A stretch of 64,000 nucleotides of DNA, from assembly GCA_049671145.1 (NCBI GenBank), contig JBATUM010000185.1, positions 1,828-65,827 of the forward strand, read 5' to 3'. Positions 15,101 to 30,100 of this stretch are shown piece after piece. Position 1 is the first letter of the stretch. Every line of letters begins with the position of its first letter. The notes beneath the pieces were generated by a model. That model searched no databases. It was given only the letters and a program-made list of their open reading frames with translations, and was not told the origin of the DNA. The position numbers and the translations under genes are program-made. The DNA comes from Promethearchaeia archaeon. GTDB taxonomy: Archaea > Asgardarchaeota > Lokiarchaeia > Sigyniarchaeales > SOKP01.

Positions 15101-18100
15101 TTTGATAATGGAAATGAAGAGGAGATTTCATATGTGAAAAATAATGGTGAGTATAGATTTTCTATTCCAAAATCTGATTTTGCCACGTTAAAATACGATA
15201 ATGATAATTATTATGTCAATTTTAAAATGATTTTAACAAACACATCTATGGGTCCAGATGATGAATTTACTTTGCATATCGATAGCATAGATGCTATAGT
15301 ATTTAAGGATTGGAGTGTTGATCATGATCTTTATCGTGTAAGCTATGTGTTTAAGCGGTTAGGTGATTCACAGACTGGCGGGAATGTTACCCTTGCGGTA
15401 AATGATGATATTTTGCTCACTATTGACGATAATGATTTATATACTTCTGGATATGAGAATGTGGTAAATTTCTATTATGATACCCAAACTCAAGAATGGA
15501 GCGCATTTATTAATGAGGATCCTGAAGATAAAACTAATGCAACAGACACAGAATTATCCTTAAAGCTTCGGGTAGAATCTCACTATAATAATGTTAACCA
15601 TGGTATCTTACTTAAATCAGTAGATCATCATTTCTATAAGAAAATTGAAAATAGCTTAAATTTTGAAGAATATAAGTCGATCCTCTATAGTTATGAAAAT
15701 AGGTTAGGTAACGCGGAAAGCGTTATTATAGGCAATAGTAGCGATCTTATAACCCCCGAAAATCTATTCACTCAAGTGTGTGCAGATATTGATGTAATTT
15801 ATAGCTTTCATGATGAGATGGTTCCAGATAACATATTGAGCTATTCGTTGAACCCTACATTGGAAAGTACTTATCAAGATACTTTAGCTGCATTTAACTA
15901 TACAGAAACAGGATTCATTCCAAAGAGCTCTACCTCTTCTGAGATTGAGGTATATAATGACGAGAAGATTGCTGTAGAAAATACTACTTCCCATACCCAG
16001 AACGGATTGCCGTATCGATGTTCAGGATTTTTCGATGATCAATATCTGAGCAATAACACTCTCCGTTTTACAATAAAGAACTCTATTCAGACACCGCTTT
16101 TTGGAAGAAGCAATGAGACGCTTTATGCTAATCTTAAATTAACAGATGTAGATTTAGAGTTTAATGTTATCATTAGCCCTACATATACCGGCTTTCCACT
16201 GGAAAACACCAATGTAGAAGGAAATGATGAGACTGTATATAATCCTTCCGTATTATGTAATTATTCTGCGTATTCACAGAGCAGATTCCGTAATTCTGCA
16301 ATAGATGATGTCCAAATTCCTTTAATTAGCCCTATAGAATTAGATTTTAGTTCAATAAATCTAGATGATTTTGGCACCGCGAATTTGGAACTAGCATTAG
16401 GATTGGATATTTTCAGGAATAATATATTATACAATCGTAGTTGGAGTCTCCGCTTTAGGTTGTTATATTATAATTATAGTTCAGATAGTTGGGTGGATTT
16501 TCAAGGAATGCTTCGCGTAAAGAATAATGGAGTTGATAAAGCAGTATGGAATCCTGACTCGACGGATAATTTTATTGATTATCTCCAAGATCCAAACGCT
16601 AATAATTTTATTCCTATTTATAATGAGAATAATATTGTTATTAAAAATCCGATCACGATTAATAATATTAATACTGACACTATACAAGGCGGAATTATGA
16701 AATTAATGTTTATTTCCTATATCCTTCCTGGTAATTTTTCTGGTGATGGTAATAATAATTATTTTTTCTACGAGAGAGCTGATCCTGATGTACCTATAGA
16801 GATTTCACAGAGCTTAACTATTCAGGAATGCATAATGATTGGTGAATCAAAACAAATTATGTATCCTGAGCCTTCGCTTAAGGCTACTCTGGGCTTGGAT
16901 GAGAATTTCAGAGCTAATTTGAGCTTAATTGAGAATCTTGGCGATATAATTGCAATCCGCGGGTTATACGAAGATGGTGACGGTATTTTATATCAATACC
17001 CAATTGACTATTACTGGACCACCTCTGGTAATGAACTTGCTTTTAATTCTCCGATGAAATATTTATTTACCAATGTTTCTATTGAATATGTTCCTCAAGC
17101 TTCTCTTTCATACAATGCTACTGATGGATTATGGTATCTCCCTAATTTGATTACTATAAATGGAAAGAATTATACCCAACCCTTCTTTGTAAGCAATCTC
17201 TATGTAAATGATACTCTATATGGCACCTATGTTCATCCAAGTGTGGATGTTGGATATGTGCTTGGTTTTGATGATAAGAATGTGTATGCTAACTTTTCAA
17301 CTCCAATTCATCCAGATTCCAATGTTTACGGAGCAATTTACTTTGGGAAGGTAGATAGCAAATATCTATACCAGATTAAACTTAAAGATGAACTATTGTA
17401 TAAGTATAATGTATTAAATGATGAGGATGACCTAATTGGCGGAATTATCAAGTTGGGACTGAATGTTGGCTTTACTAATGTAATCTATTCTGAACTATCC
17501 CAAGTTTCTTGTTCAGATTACTTATTAGATATTACTTTATATAGTTTGTCCGAAAATAACGATGAAGAGCTTGAAAGAGAAAAGATCGGAACAATCCATA
17601 TAGATTTGGATAAAAATTGGGTTGGCTATCATTATTATGATTTGGAAATTAATCTGGATCAGTGCGAATTTGTTAATGAAAGTAAAGGAATTAAACGCTT
17701 AGCTGAAGCTCTTACTCGTGGAAGTGCTGCAGATCTCTATATCGAAGTAGAAAGCGTTATTACTAATTGTTTTGTGAACGGACCTTTGTTTAAAGGATTA
17801 TATGCCCAAGACATTATTTCTGCCGAATTTGAAATCGAGTCAGACACTTCAGAAATACAATATAATGGCGCAGAGGTAGATAATGCATATATCGAGATAC
17901 CACAGAAGAGTATTATGCTTACCAAGATCGGTACGAACATTTATAAGTTTGGTAACCTAAAATATAATTTTGGTTTTGTTGTTGATGAGCTTCGCGCAGA
18001 AGGATCTGTTGTTTTAGCGGAAAATACGCATTATGAGTTTGATGCAGGAAGCCGTACTATTACTCTTATCGGTGATGATTACAAAGGTTATTCAGGTCTT

Positions 18101-21100
18101 TTGTCCGCAGACATTACATATTACGCATTTAAATGGAATGCGGGACAAGTCTCAACTTTAGATCCTATTACCCTTACATTTACTCAGGATTATGTACAAA
18201 ATATTACGAAATTTATGGAATTTATTATTCAATATGATACCATACCTGGAATCGATATAGAAAAAATTGATTTTATCTCAGGCAGAATAGTATTAAGTGA
18301 TGAGGAAAAAAGTTCTGCATTACTCAATATTTACCTCTATAACTTTGTTGAAGATAAATGGGAACTTACTCCGTTTGTACCCTATGATGACTACAGTGGC
18401 TCACTGATCTATTCTTACGTGGCTGATCGGAACTTCGTAGTATTTGAAGACTACTTTAATCAGACTGGTTCAGATACATTTGAAATAAAAGCAATCTTCA
18501 CTGTGGAGCAAGAATCAGGAGAATGTTTTGCTTCTAAGATTGGTTTTGGTATTACGTCCATTGGTGCTAAATTATATTACAATACTCCTAGTGTTCAACA
18601 TAAGCTTAATCCTGCTGTTGAGTTTGATATTGATATTACGGATTACATCACTGATCCGAATATCTATTTAGAAGAACTCACAGTTGATTTAATGTATGAG
18701 GCAGAGATTGAGTTTGATGCCGCATTTATCTATTCCCAATATGCGTTATTAGAGGAAAATTTTAATTTCTACATTAGAAATAACTATTTAGAATTTGACG
18801 AGTTTGAGTTAAACCATAATTCGATTACACTCTCCAGAGAGGAGGTTTACTGTTTCCTGTATCATGATATAGTAAACGAGAAGTATTATTTACGAGCAAA
18901 ATTAGAATATGACTGGAACTGTATTTTAGAGATAAATTTAGGAAGTAGTTCTAAATTAGAAATTATCTCTGAATTGACCTTGCTTAAATATGATCTTACG
19001 GTAGATTATACTTATTATGAGACGACACGCATTTCTGCCAATGAAATTACTGTACCCCATGAGATCGTGCCCATTTATGCTCCAAATTATATTGAGACTC
19101 AATCAGGAATTAACAATTTAGCTGATGACGAAGAATTAGACCTTGGAATTTTTGGAGGGTTTTTACGAAATGTAGACACTCGACAAAGGCTGATGATAAG
19201 GCAAAAGTTACTGTATAATTTTACAGAGTCGCAACAGGATTGGACGCAAATTATTCTTGACCATGAATACACTGATTCTACATTGCGTTTTGTAGTTCCT
19301 TACGGTTATATGGAAATCCCAGAAACTTATATTATTAATTCTACATATTTTGGTTTTATAGCTGACCATGAAGTGGTTCATGTCGAGTTATATTATAAGG
19401 ATGGTCAGACAGATACTAAAGTTGCCAATATGACACAAAATGAAGAGGAACCTACCCTATTTAAATATACGTGGAATGACGTGAAGGGAGATACAGGAGC
19501 TTCCACAAATGATACTATTGAGGTAATGTTTAATGTAACTGATATTTTAGGAAATAATGCAAAATATCGATATAATCTCACAGCAGATTTTGATCCACCA
19601 ACTCCAACCATCGAGTTAGGTGACGGGGTCCAAGATTTCGAGTCAGCAAATACAGCGACTCCCCTTACCGAGATTGATTTTATTTGTGGAGAGCAGTCAT
19701 CTTGCACCGAGGAATATAGAATAGTTGATCTGGTGTCTGGATTTGTATCAAGTTGGAATGAGATAAACCATAGTGAAATTTCAATTTTGCATGATTTAGG
19801 TGATCTTTCTGCAAATTTTTCCATTGAATATAGGGTAATTGATATCGCGGGTAATGAAAATATCACCTCAATTTACAACGGAAACTATCAATATATCCAA
19901 TTTTCGAAAGAAAAATCTATAACGCTAAATGATGATACAATAGATCTAAATTCGTATACAAATCGCGAAATTTCATTTGCAGATGGTAATGAATTTAACC
20001 ATTCCTCACAATTAGATGTTTTCATTAACGGTTTTAGATATGGTACTGCATACTTAGATAGCGGTTATTACAAACTTTCCTTTGGCAATGAGAATTCTGA
20101 GAAGACGTTAATCGGTTATTCTGAATCTTTAATTAGTAATAATATTTTTAGTAATATTAACCCCCTTGACCATGTCAGCTGGGAAGTTCGAGAGGACGAA
20201 TATTTTGCAGTAGTAAAGCATGTATTACTTAATGATAATATTGAAATCTATAACTACCTTTCATTTAATACGACTGCTCAATTTGAACTGGATCATCTAT
20301 ATGATCGTGGCTTTAGTTTACATGATTTTATGTATCTTAACCGCGTGTATTATTATAACGAGACTGATGGCAATGTGTATACATTGATCTCAGAATTAGA
20401 TTATAGCATTACCGAGAATGGTTTTGTAGAATTTCCAGAAAATTCCACTATTTATGACCTCTATCAGAATTCTGATGTACAAGATGGTGTAGTCTACTTT
20501 AACTATTGCTATTCACCATACCAGGAACAATTATTATTAACTAACGCCGATGGATTCTTTGTAAATGTGTCGATCCCTGATGTTTATTATCATCATACTA
20601 CAATCCAAAAATTAGTAGTCAGCTTTAATGATATAGATGGTAATACGTTTACTAAAATTTATTATGATTTGGACTTACGTAAATATTTTATGGAGGACGT
20701 AAAAGCTCAATATGAAAATTATATGTTCAAATTGGGTAAAATGATGAGCATTCCCCTCTATATAGATTTTAGTGATATTGCTTTATCTAATCCTGGCAAA
20801 AATTTTGCATTACATTTATTAGAGTCTATCAGCTTCAGAATTACTGATTCTGAGAAATGGCCCGGTTCTTATATCCAAAATTTTAGTGATTATACGGTTA
20901 TGAATTTACCCTATCAGCGTTTTGCAATAACAGATCTTAAACTATATAACTTGATTAGCGATACTATTGATGCTGATGAACAGGGCTATGTTACTGCTAA
21001 TATAACATTTACTGCTCCAGAGTATTATGGCTTCTATGCTGAAGAGGAGTTTAAAATTAAGCGGTTAGATATTGTATTTACTGATGTGAAAGCCTATGTG

Positions 21101-24100
21101 TATCACGAAGAAATTCTTGATGGTTCTACTGTGGCAATTGAATATTCGGATCAAATCATATTGAATTATCGCTGGAACAATACTTTTAGCCCAGTTATTA
21201 TGGATGATGTTGTAAATCTTCCTATCACATTAGAAAATGCCAGTAATGGTGATATTCTTGGCTTTAGTGTGGCAAATTGGATTACCAAACTGGATATGGA
21301 TTCGGAGTCTGGCTATTATACTAGATACTACTACTCCCAATTTTTGGCTCCGTCGTTGCTTGGAGAGTTCAATATATCTTTTGGATCATTAGGTACACCG
21401 ATTTTTAATATGACATTTATTAGTCCTCCGATCTTCATCTTAAATATTACCCAAGAAACTTTATCTGCTACTGAACCAATATATCTTGCTGATGATATGT
21501 ATGAGCTAAAGTATGGTGAAACACTGCTCTTAGATGGATGTATAGCGGATAATGATGAGTACTTAATTGAAGATGAGGTGTATGAATATAAATATGAAGA
21601 GGCAGTGGATGGAAAAACTACTCATGCTCTTAAAATCCTCTCTCCTTTTGGTGATGATGAGTTTATAGACAAAGAAGAATTTTCCATTTACTTTATTAAT
21701 GATAAACTCAATGTTAAATGTTTATATTCCACGCTCAATGGACTGCATTTTGTAAATACTTCCTACTTGGATGGGAAAAGGGAGCCTACAATTAGCTATG
21801 TAGATAATTCCTTCATCCTTAATATTAATTGGTACAAGAAATCAGATCATTTTATTGAGTATGATACACTATTACTTATTTCTTATAAGGTTTTAAAAGG
21901 AAAACCAATTTCTCCCACATCCTTTAGCTCTCTCGATTCCTATGGAAATGATATGCAGCAAAACCTTATAGAAATCCCATTTGCAAAATACGATATACTA
22001 AGTAGAAGTTGGATTACGGAGGATGACTTTGAAAAACAACTTTTTGTTGACAAACAGTTATTATATAAAGATGTAGAAAGCACTCAGGCAACTATTCAAG
22101 GACCTCAATATGATGAAGGCAGTTTAATTCAAACTGGCATTATTGATATCCATGCAGTTTATGTGAATAAGAGTTACTCAGACAAATTTTGTCATGTAGC
22201 ACCAACCGAATATACTTGGTCAATCAATGCGAATGGTGAATTAGTAGTTGAAGATTTGAACTATTCGTCTGGTGACGTATTTAAAGTAATATATTATGCT
22301 GTTGAGCCTGTTGCCCTTAGCCATTCAGTCGCAAACCCCCAATATCAGATTTCTCATATCACAGTGACTAATGATACAGGGTATAGTTATGAATTTGTGG
22401 AAGGGAATGATTATAAAGTTTCTGAAGATGGTTATACGCTGTATTTCCTTGATTTATACAATGAATTCCTTAAGAACAATGTTTTTACTATTTATGACTA
22501 CTTTAATATCACATATCATGCTCCTCTTTCCAGAAAGGTAGATTTATCGCAAAATGTCTTACTTATGTTACAAGATACGGAGGGCAATGATATTCCTATT
22601 GATAATATTCCAATTGATAGTTTAGGCTTTTTCCAGTATAAAAAACAACTTAAAGTAGACAGCGATCTTTCACTTCCCTTAGGAGGTGGGAAACAGCTTG
22701 TTCATTTAACGCTTAAATACTTGCCTTTAAGTGTATATAATAAATCTGCTGATCAATCAATCACTATTGATTATGAAGATCAGAATGTCGGTAAGTTTTA
22801 TCCATATGTTGAGAGTAATGCTTGGGCTAAACCGTTTACAGTTATAACAATCCCTCATAGAGTCAAATTGAAGATGGTAGAAGATCCTACTCAGGACATG
22901 GTGATCACTCAAGAATTCTATGAGGAACGAGAATATAAATTTAATTATAATCCGGTCGAGGCTTTAGAGAATGGAGAAGAATATACAAAAATAATGATTG
23001 ATGCCTTAGCAAAGGAAGAATATCAGTTCACTTTTAGGTTAAGTGATTTTGATGATAAACCAATAGAAAATTCTGTAGTATGGCTACATATTGGACTAAT
23101 GCCCAAAAGTAAAACTGGATTTTTGAACGAACGCGCAGTAATTGATGAGTATAATATTCACCCTTATTTTGAATCATTAGGTACTGAGGAATTTACTTCA
23201 CGAGGTCCAGGTATTGGTACAAATAAAATGTTTGGAAGACCCCTCACGTATGAGCTTAATTATTATAATACTAACTACTCTGCTTATGGTCCTTATGTTT
23301 GGCTATATGGTATCACCAACGCCCACGGAGAAGTGATTTTCGATGTATCATTTGATAATGACTTTATTGAGGATTTTACTGACATCTTTGGACTTATGGA
23401 AGGATTTAGCTCAGTAGAGGACATTGTGTTGTATATTAGAGCATTTAGCACTGATTTTGACTGGGATGAGTTTACAATTGATTCTCCCGATCAATATCTT
23501 TGTTCCAAAGATGGAGATGTATATAATGGAATAACAGAAGAGCATTATAGCTATATTTGCTCAATTAATAACACTATAAGCTATAATTTAGCTTTACAGG
23601 ATAGTACCTATGTTGAAGGTTTAATCCACCTATATAAGAACCATATTGCACTTGGGGTTCATGATCATGTATCTTATGACTTACCTGATGCAAAAGTAAG
23701 GTCTCGTTATGATCCATTAAAATTACATCTCGATGTGACTGAAGCAGATCCTATTCCTACTACAGAAATGTATACCCTTCAATCATTAACCAAACTGCAT
23801 GCTAGTTCAGAATTAGAACCTTCAGGTAATCCTATTCTCTCTGATGATTATACCTATTATGCCTATGTCAATTTTATTACACCTTCTGGAAGTGTTGCTG
23901 AATCGACTTATCGAGCAATTTTAGATGGAGGGAATAATGGATATATTACTTTTGATAATCAGACCATCAAAGACATTTTAATTGATTTAGGTCCGGGAAT
24001 CTCGACCATCCAAATTCAGGTGGCTGAGTCGGAGTATTATCAGGCTTCACCAGTGGTCATGGTTCCTCTTGAAATAAAGCCAGCAAACTGGACAAAATTT

Positions 24101-27100
24101 GGGGAAAAGAATCTTGAAATCGATTTAATTGATCCATTTATCAATGCTTATGGCAATGCGTTTGATAATGACAACTACATACCATTTGAGAGCAATTATC
24201 CTCATCTTATTGGTACGCTATGGATTGATCCAGATTACCTAGGGACTGGGGATAATAGATCTGCTAAAGAGCGTTCTGCCTTGGATTGTATGGAACTGAA
24301 CTTAATATTTAATCCAGATAATACCGATCCAATCCCATTAAGAAAAGGAGTCATGCTTAGCCCTGGAAATCAAGACGGTATAATGTTATTTGATATCGGA
24401 TTTGGTCCAGAAGATAGTTTCTTAATGGACATATCCGGCGTTCTTAATTTCAGTTTTAGTATTGAAGATACAAAATATGGTATTTATGAAGATAATAGAA
24501 CTTTTGAGGCATATCTATTAGATCTAAGACTAGAGGAGAATCCTTCCTGCTCTACCCCAACCACTCTCTGGTCAGTATATGAAAATGGTTTCGACACTTC
24601 TGGAGTTGATCATTTATCAGTGAAAGTAATTGATCCCTCTATCATCAGTACCGAGACAGGAAGCTTATCTTTAGGAGGTTTTGAAAATGGAGTAAATTAT
24701 GGATTTGAAATTGAATTTGAATATGATCCTGAGGTTGAGGAATATGCAATTGATGCTCAAAGTGAACTGTTAAGCTTATTCTGCCTTGAATCGATTACCT
24801 CCTTAGAAATTATTAATGAAACTGGTCAAGAAGTGACTGGGTGGTCTCAATATTATCCAAGCCCTTCTAATCTAAGAGAGCAGTCAGCAATCAAATTCGG
24901 TAGTTCCACTCCTAAAAATTATACGAAGTTTATCATCATATATAAGTTTGAATTTGAGTTTGGCACGAATAATTATGTAAACATGATATTTGGTCCGAGT
25001 AATAATATGAACAAAACTTCTATTTTGTTCTATTTTGAAGATGGATTCCTACCACCTAGCGAGGATAGCAAGTCATTTATGTTTATACGATATAACCAAA
25101 CAATTGCTGGAACAGGAGCGAGCTCCTATAAGTTGGATTACAGTATTTATGGAGCTACTTCCGGAGATGAAGATAAATTTATTATCTACAATGAACAGGA
25201 GTTAGAAGAGGAACTGAATAAAGAGGTATCCCTTTCTATTAATGGCGTTGATCACCATGCCTATATTGAGTTTAATGAGACTATTGGAAGCGGTACAAGC
25301 TTTAACGTAATCTATGGAGTCTCTTCGCAGTATATGTTAGGATATGGATTCCAAAAGGAAGATAAATCCTATAGCGATTCAGTACGATTAATGTATAATA
25401 ATAATTCGGCAGCTTCTATCATTGATAGTTCCAGTAATACGGTAGGAACAGTAGTTTTAGATGATCCTTCACTATATATCAGCCTTGATAATTCTCCAAA
25501 TGAGACCGTGTTAGAGTTTTACAATGTACCTATGCTTTATGCCCCTGAAATCATTATGACTTTTAAGTTAGATCCTATGAATACTAAATTAATTAATGAA
25601 AATTATCAAAATGAAGAAAATACACTTAAAATCAAGTTCTATTATGTTGCCCAAGGTGGATATGGATCCTATTATACTGATGCCCTTGAAATTCCTCTAA
25701 ATTATACCAAGATTCAATCAGACTTGATAAATGATATATATACCCTTCAATATTCAAAAGATTTACAAGGTATTTATGAGGCATTTGGAGTTGGATCCCT
25801 TGATATTTACATTTCGATCTCTCAGACCGGAAACAATTCCAATTATATCCCTTATATTATCTTAGAACAGTTCGATTACTTATGCGATGAGCATTTGGTA
25901 GAGATGTATGCCCGTATGCCTTTAACTAAAGAGGGTGAGATGGATGTAGAGGCAATTATTAATACTCCGCATTATTTCCAAGTATTCTCTCAGCCTTTTA
26001 TTGACTGTGAATGGGGTGAGTCTCCATTTGATTTGATGAATGGTTCGGAGATCACCGTCGCGCTTGAAGATTTGATCCATTCCAGTTTAGTCTCTTTAGA
26101 TGTGGAAGATGGAAATTACGGCTTCACCTATTTAGGCACCATGGAAACATTACCAATTAATTCTGAAAACTATTACATGATCCCTAATTTGGGGGTATTT
26201 ACTGATGCCTATTCAGTAGATGAAGTGACCTATAATGAAGGATTTTTGAACCTCTTTTATGGAGCAGGAGCACAGGTTTCAGGTGAATATGAATATTATA
26301 ATAGACACTATATGGTGCATGAAAGTTCTCCAGTAGATGATTATTATTCTGTAATAGGTAGCGGAGTACCTACTTCTTGGGAAGATATGTTTAATATCAC
26401 TAACCAATTCTTAACTACCCAAGAGATTGATGTATCTGGGACTGTGCTTTATCATCAATTATTCGATTTAACCACTGATACAATTGACATGGGAGATTTA
26501 GAGGATGTACTGGGTAATATTACAAATGCTTACTTTGCTTTACAGTTGCCAGATGAGGTGAGTATCGCCCATATACGAGCCATCGGAACTCCATATGAAT
26601 ATGATTTATCAGTACAAGGATTCCCAGTGGGTGATTATGTGGATGGTACGTATTGCAAGGTGAAGACTTCAGGTACCACTCAAGCTTTTGATACCCGAAT
26701 AATTGATCTAGATCTTTTGAATGCTAGTACCGATTTTGACCTCAAATTCGCGACAAATGGATCGAAATATATTGTTTTCTATAAGCCCACAAGTTTTGTT
26801 CAAAATTTAGCCGAAAATGATATGATAATGGTCGATTTTTGGGCATATTATACATTTGCTGAAGGATTTGATTATGAAATTGAAGAAGATCCAATTAATC
26901 CCTATGTATCAATAATCGATTGGGATTATAATATTGAAAGCTTACAATCGTATACCATGCATCCTGATTTTGCCAATGGTTCCAGCTTTAGTATTGAATT
27001 TTCTGCATTAGATTGGAATTCTATTAATAATCAATATATCTATGATGGAGAGGATGAGTTTACCTTCCATCCATCCATCTCAACTAACATTACCGTTCCT

Positions 27101-30100
27101 TATTATGGTGATGCGACTGAAGACTTTTCCCTATTAAATATTGTTCCTGAGGAACAATGGAATGATACTGAGATCTTTTATTATGTGTACGTATATATTT
27201 GGGACGGAGAAAACGAAAGCTCTACAGAACTATATGAGCTACGAGAAGCCTTTTATAATGGATATATTACTCAGGATGAAAATTGTAGCTTTTATTTTAC
27301 GTTAAATTTCACCGCAATGGAAGACTACATCAAAATCATGGAAGGTAATAATTATGAGATCATATCAGATACCTATGCGTTTGTACAAGTTAGTTTTATT
27401 TCTGATCAACTCAAGTATCCACTATCCCATACACCATTTAATTACGATTATGTGGGCACGGAGCATACCAGTTATCATATAAAACTTACGATTAGCAATA
27501 ATGATCCTATTTATAGTTATCAAACTTCAGAATTCAGTAAGTATGTGCTCAAAATTGAAGATAATTATATCCATTTCCAGAATAGAAACTACTCTGAAGA
27601 GGGATATATTGCTAATAAGACAAATATTAAGATTGAATATAAATTCAAATTACAACCAGGGTTATTAGAGCAGAAGCATGTATTAATGACAATTTATCCA
27701 TGGAGCAATACCTTTGATTCTATATTTGATGGCCTGACCGCTGCGGATGGCTCAATGATGAGTTATCGAGAGAAGTACCGAAAATTATCGGGAGGATCGA
27801 TTATTTCGCCATTTGAATATTCCTTATCCATCAATGAGACTTATTCTCTCTTGCTTAGTTATCGTCTCAACCAACGAGAATATTTTGAGGAGCATTTTGA
27901 AATTGATCATCGCACAGGAGAAAATGAGTTTTATTATATGCAAGAGGGGCTTGATCTTTATGTTTCTGAGTTAGTAGAGGATGGAATCCCAGCAGTATAC
28001 GTATATTATCATGATGAAGAAGGTCGGCTTAACTTTTTGGACAGGGAAAGCTATCTTGTCGATACCAATATACATAAATTAACCATATTATCAGATAGTA
28101 ATCCCATCATAACCTATATTAAGGATTTCTATGTATCGTTCCTTGTGACTCCCCATGACTTTATCAGCACAGGATATAAGTTTACCTATAACCCTTCCAT
28201 TAAAAATATTACCGAAACGCTTACTTTAACCAGTTGGAATGTACTAAATGGAGAATCGTTTGATGTGTATCCAAATTTTGATGCCTATTATTATTTAAAT
28301 GAGGATACGTTAACCCCCACCTTCTGTGAATCATTTGCCACTCAAATTGGAGCTGTTTTAGAAGAGGAAGAGCGGCTGGTGCTCAACTTTACTGACGCAT
28401 TAGATTCACAAATGTTAACTGATATTAGGGATGGAAAATATCTCTCACTTTATATCAATACGGCATTTAGTAATTATGAAAGCCTTGACCATATTACCAT
28501 TGAATTGAATGATACATCAGGGATAATGAGCGAATTTACTCAAGTATATACTCGTAGCGATCTAGAATATTGGGATTTCAAAATTAAGGTGAGGTTGCCC
28601 TCCACTGCTAATACATTACAAAATATGACTATTATTCCAGAATTTAGAAGTGATGATGAATATTCACCTAATAATTCTTTAGGAGTTCCTCGTTTTGATA
28701 TGATAGAATGGGATTCTCAAGCCTTAGTTGAAGATATAAACGGTCAATATATGCTCCATAATCTTGAATATCCTCTCTATACGGATGAAAGCTCCTTAGA
28801 CTTAGCATATCTCTTTACTGATAAGCTGGAGTACTTAGGATTACCAACTGGAATTGCATTTAATTGGTCAATTGAAAAAGATGCTTTAGGTAAGGATATA
28901 TCCATACTCCACATCCCAAGTATTTATGTAGATCCAATAACCTCTGTAAATTGTACTTTTGAAGATGGAGATACCATTTTCTTACGCTATAATTCTCCTG
29001 TTGAAAAAGAGATAGGCATTGGAATCGAGTCGATGTACTTCCATAAGGAACCTTACGGATATGATTCACTTTCCACTTTAGCGGAGTGTATGCTCATTAA
29101 TGCCAGTAGTTCAGAGTCGTTCGTGGAGTTTATTGCGCCTTATAGCTATAACTTTAGTTTGTCGTTGACTCCATTTGATACAGAGTATATGGGTTCCTAT
29201 AAGAACATAGAAATTGAATTTAATGTAAGCTCTTTAGCTCAGTTTGCCGATGGAGATGGGTATGTTGACTTTTCTGATCTAGTATTTTCAGTTCCAAACC
29301 CAGCTTATGAATTAACTATTCAAGAAGTTGCCCTAATTGAACATTCACTTGCTCCATCTGAGTATGTAGACGAATTTTACAGTAGAATATGGCAATATAC
29401 TGAGCTTGAGGAATTTACCTCTAGTGCTGATCCTGAAAGTGATCAATACCATCTTTTACTAGAAGAAGGTCCTATATTCTATTATGATGCTGATGAAGGT
29501 AAGTGGTTAGAACATTTGAAAATCTATGATGAAAATTATAATTATTATTCTGCATGCGTACAAGGAGATGCGGATGCTAAAAATTACCAGCTTCTGTATG
29601 ATTCGACATCTGGTAATTTCACATGGAATAACAATTTTGATAAAACCCAAGAGTATTGGGGTATGGAAATTGAATTGCCTTCAATAATTGATGCCAATAC
29701 TTCATTTTATTTTGAGTATTGTACCAATAGTTCTTGGGTTCACCCCATCACTCTATATTATACCCATATCGATTTTGATTCCGTTGATATCATCTATAAT
29801 TATGAATATTTATTGACACCTCGATTTGAAGAATGGTATGGTGAGATAGTAGAAAATAGTAATTATGACTATGAATTAGTGCAGTATTATGGCGAGACCT
29901 TTACTGTATATACAGATGAGAGCGTATATTCTCATATTTTTAACGTAGAATATAGCTTTACTAAAGATTTTGTAAATATGTCCTTATACAAGATTGTAGG
30001 GATGTATGCAAACTATACTGAGTTGATGATTGAAGATGATGATGTCAATTTCGATATTACGTTCGATGTAGAAGATAAAAACGTGACCATCACTGATCTC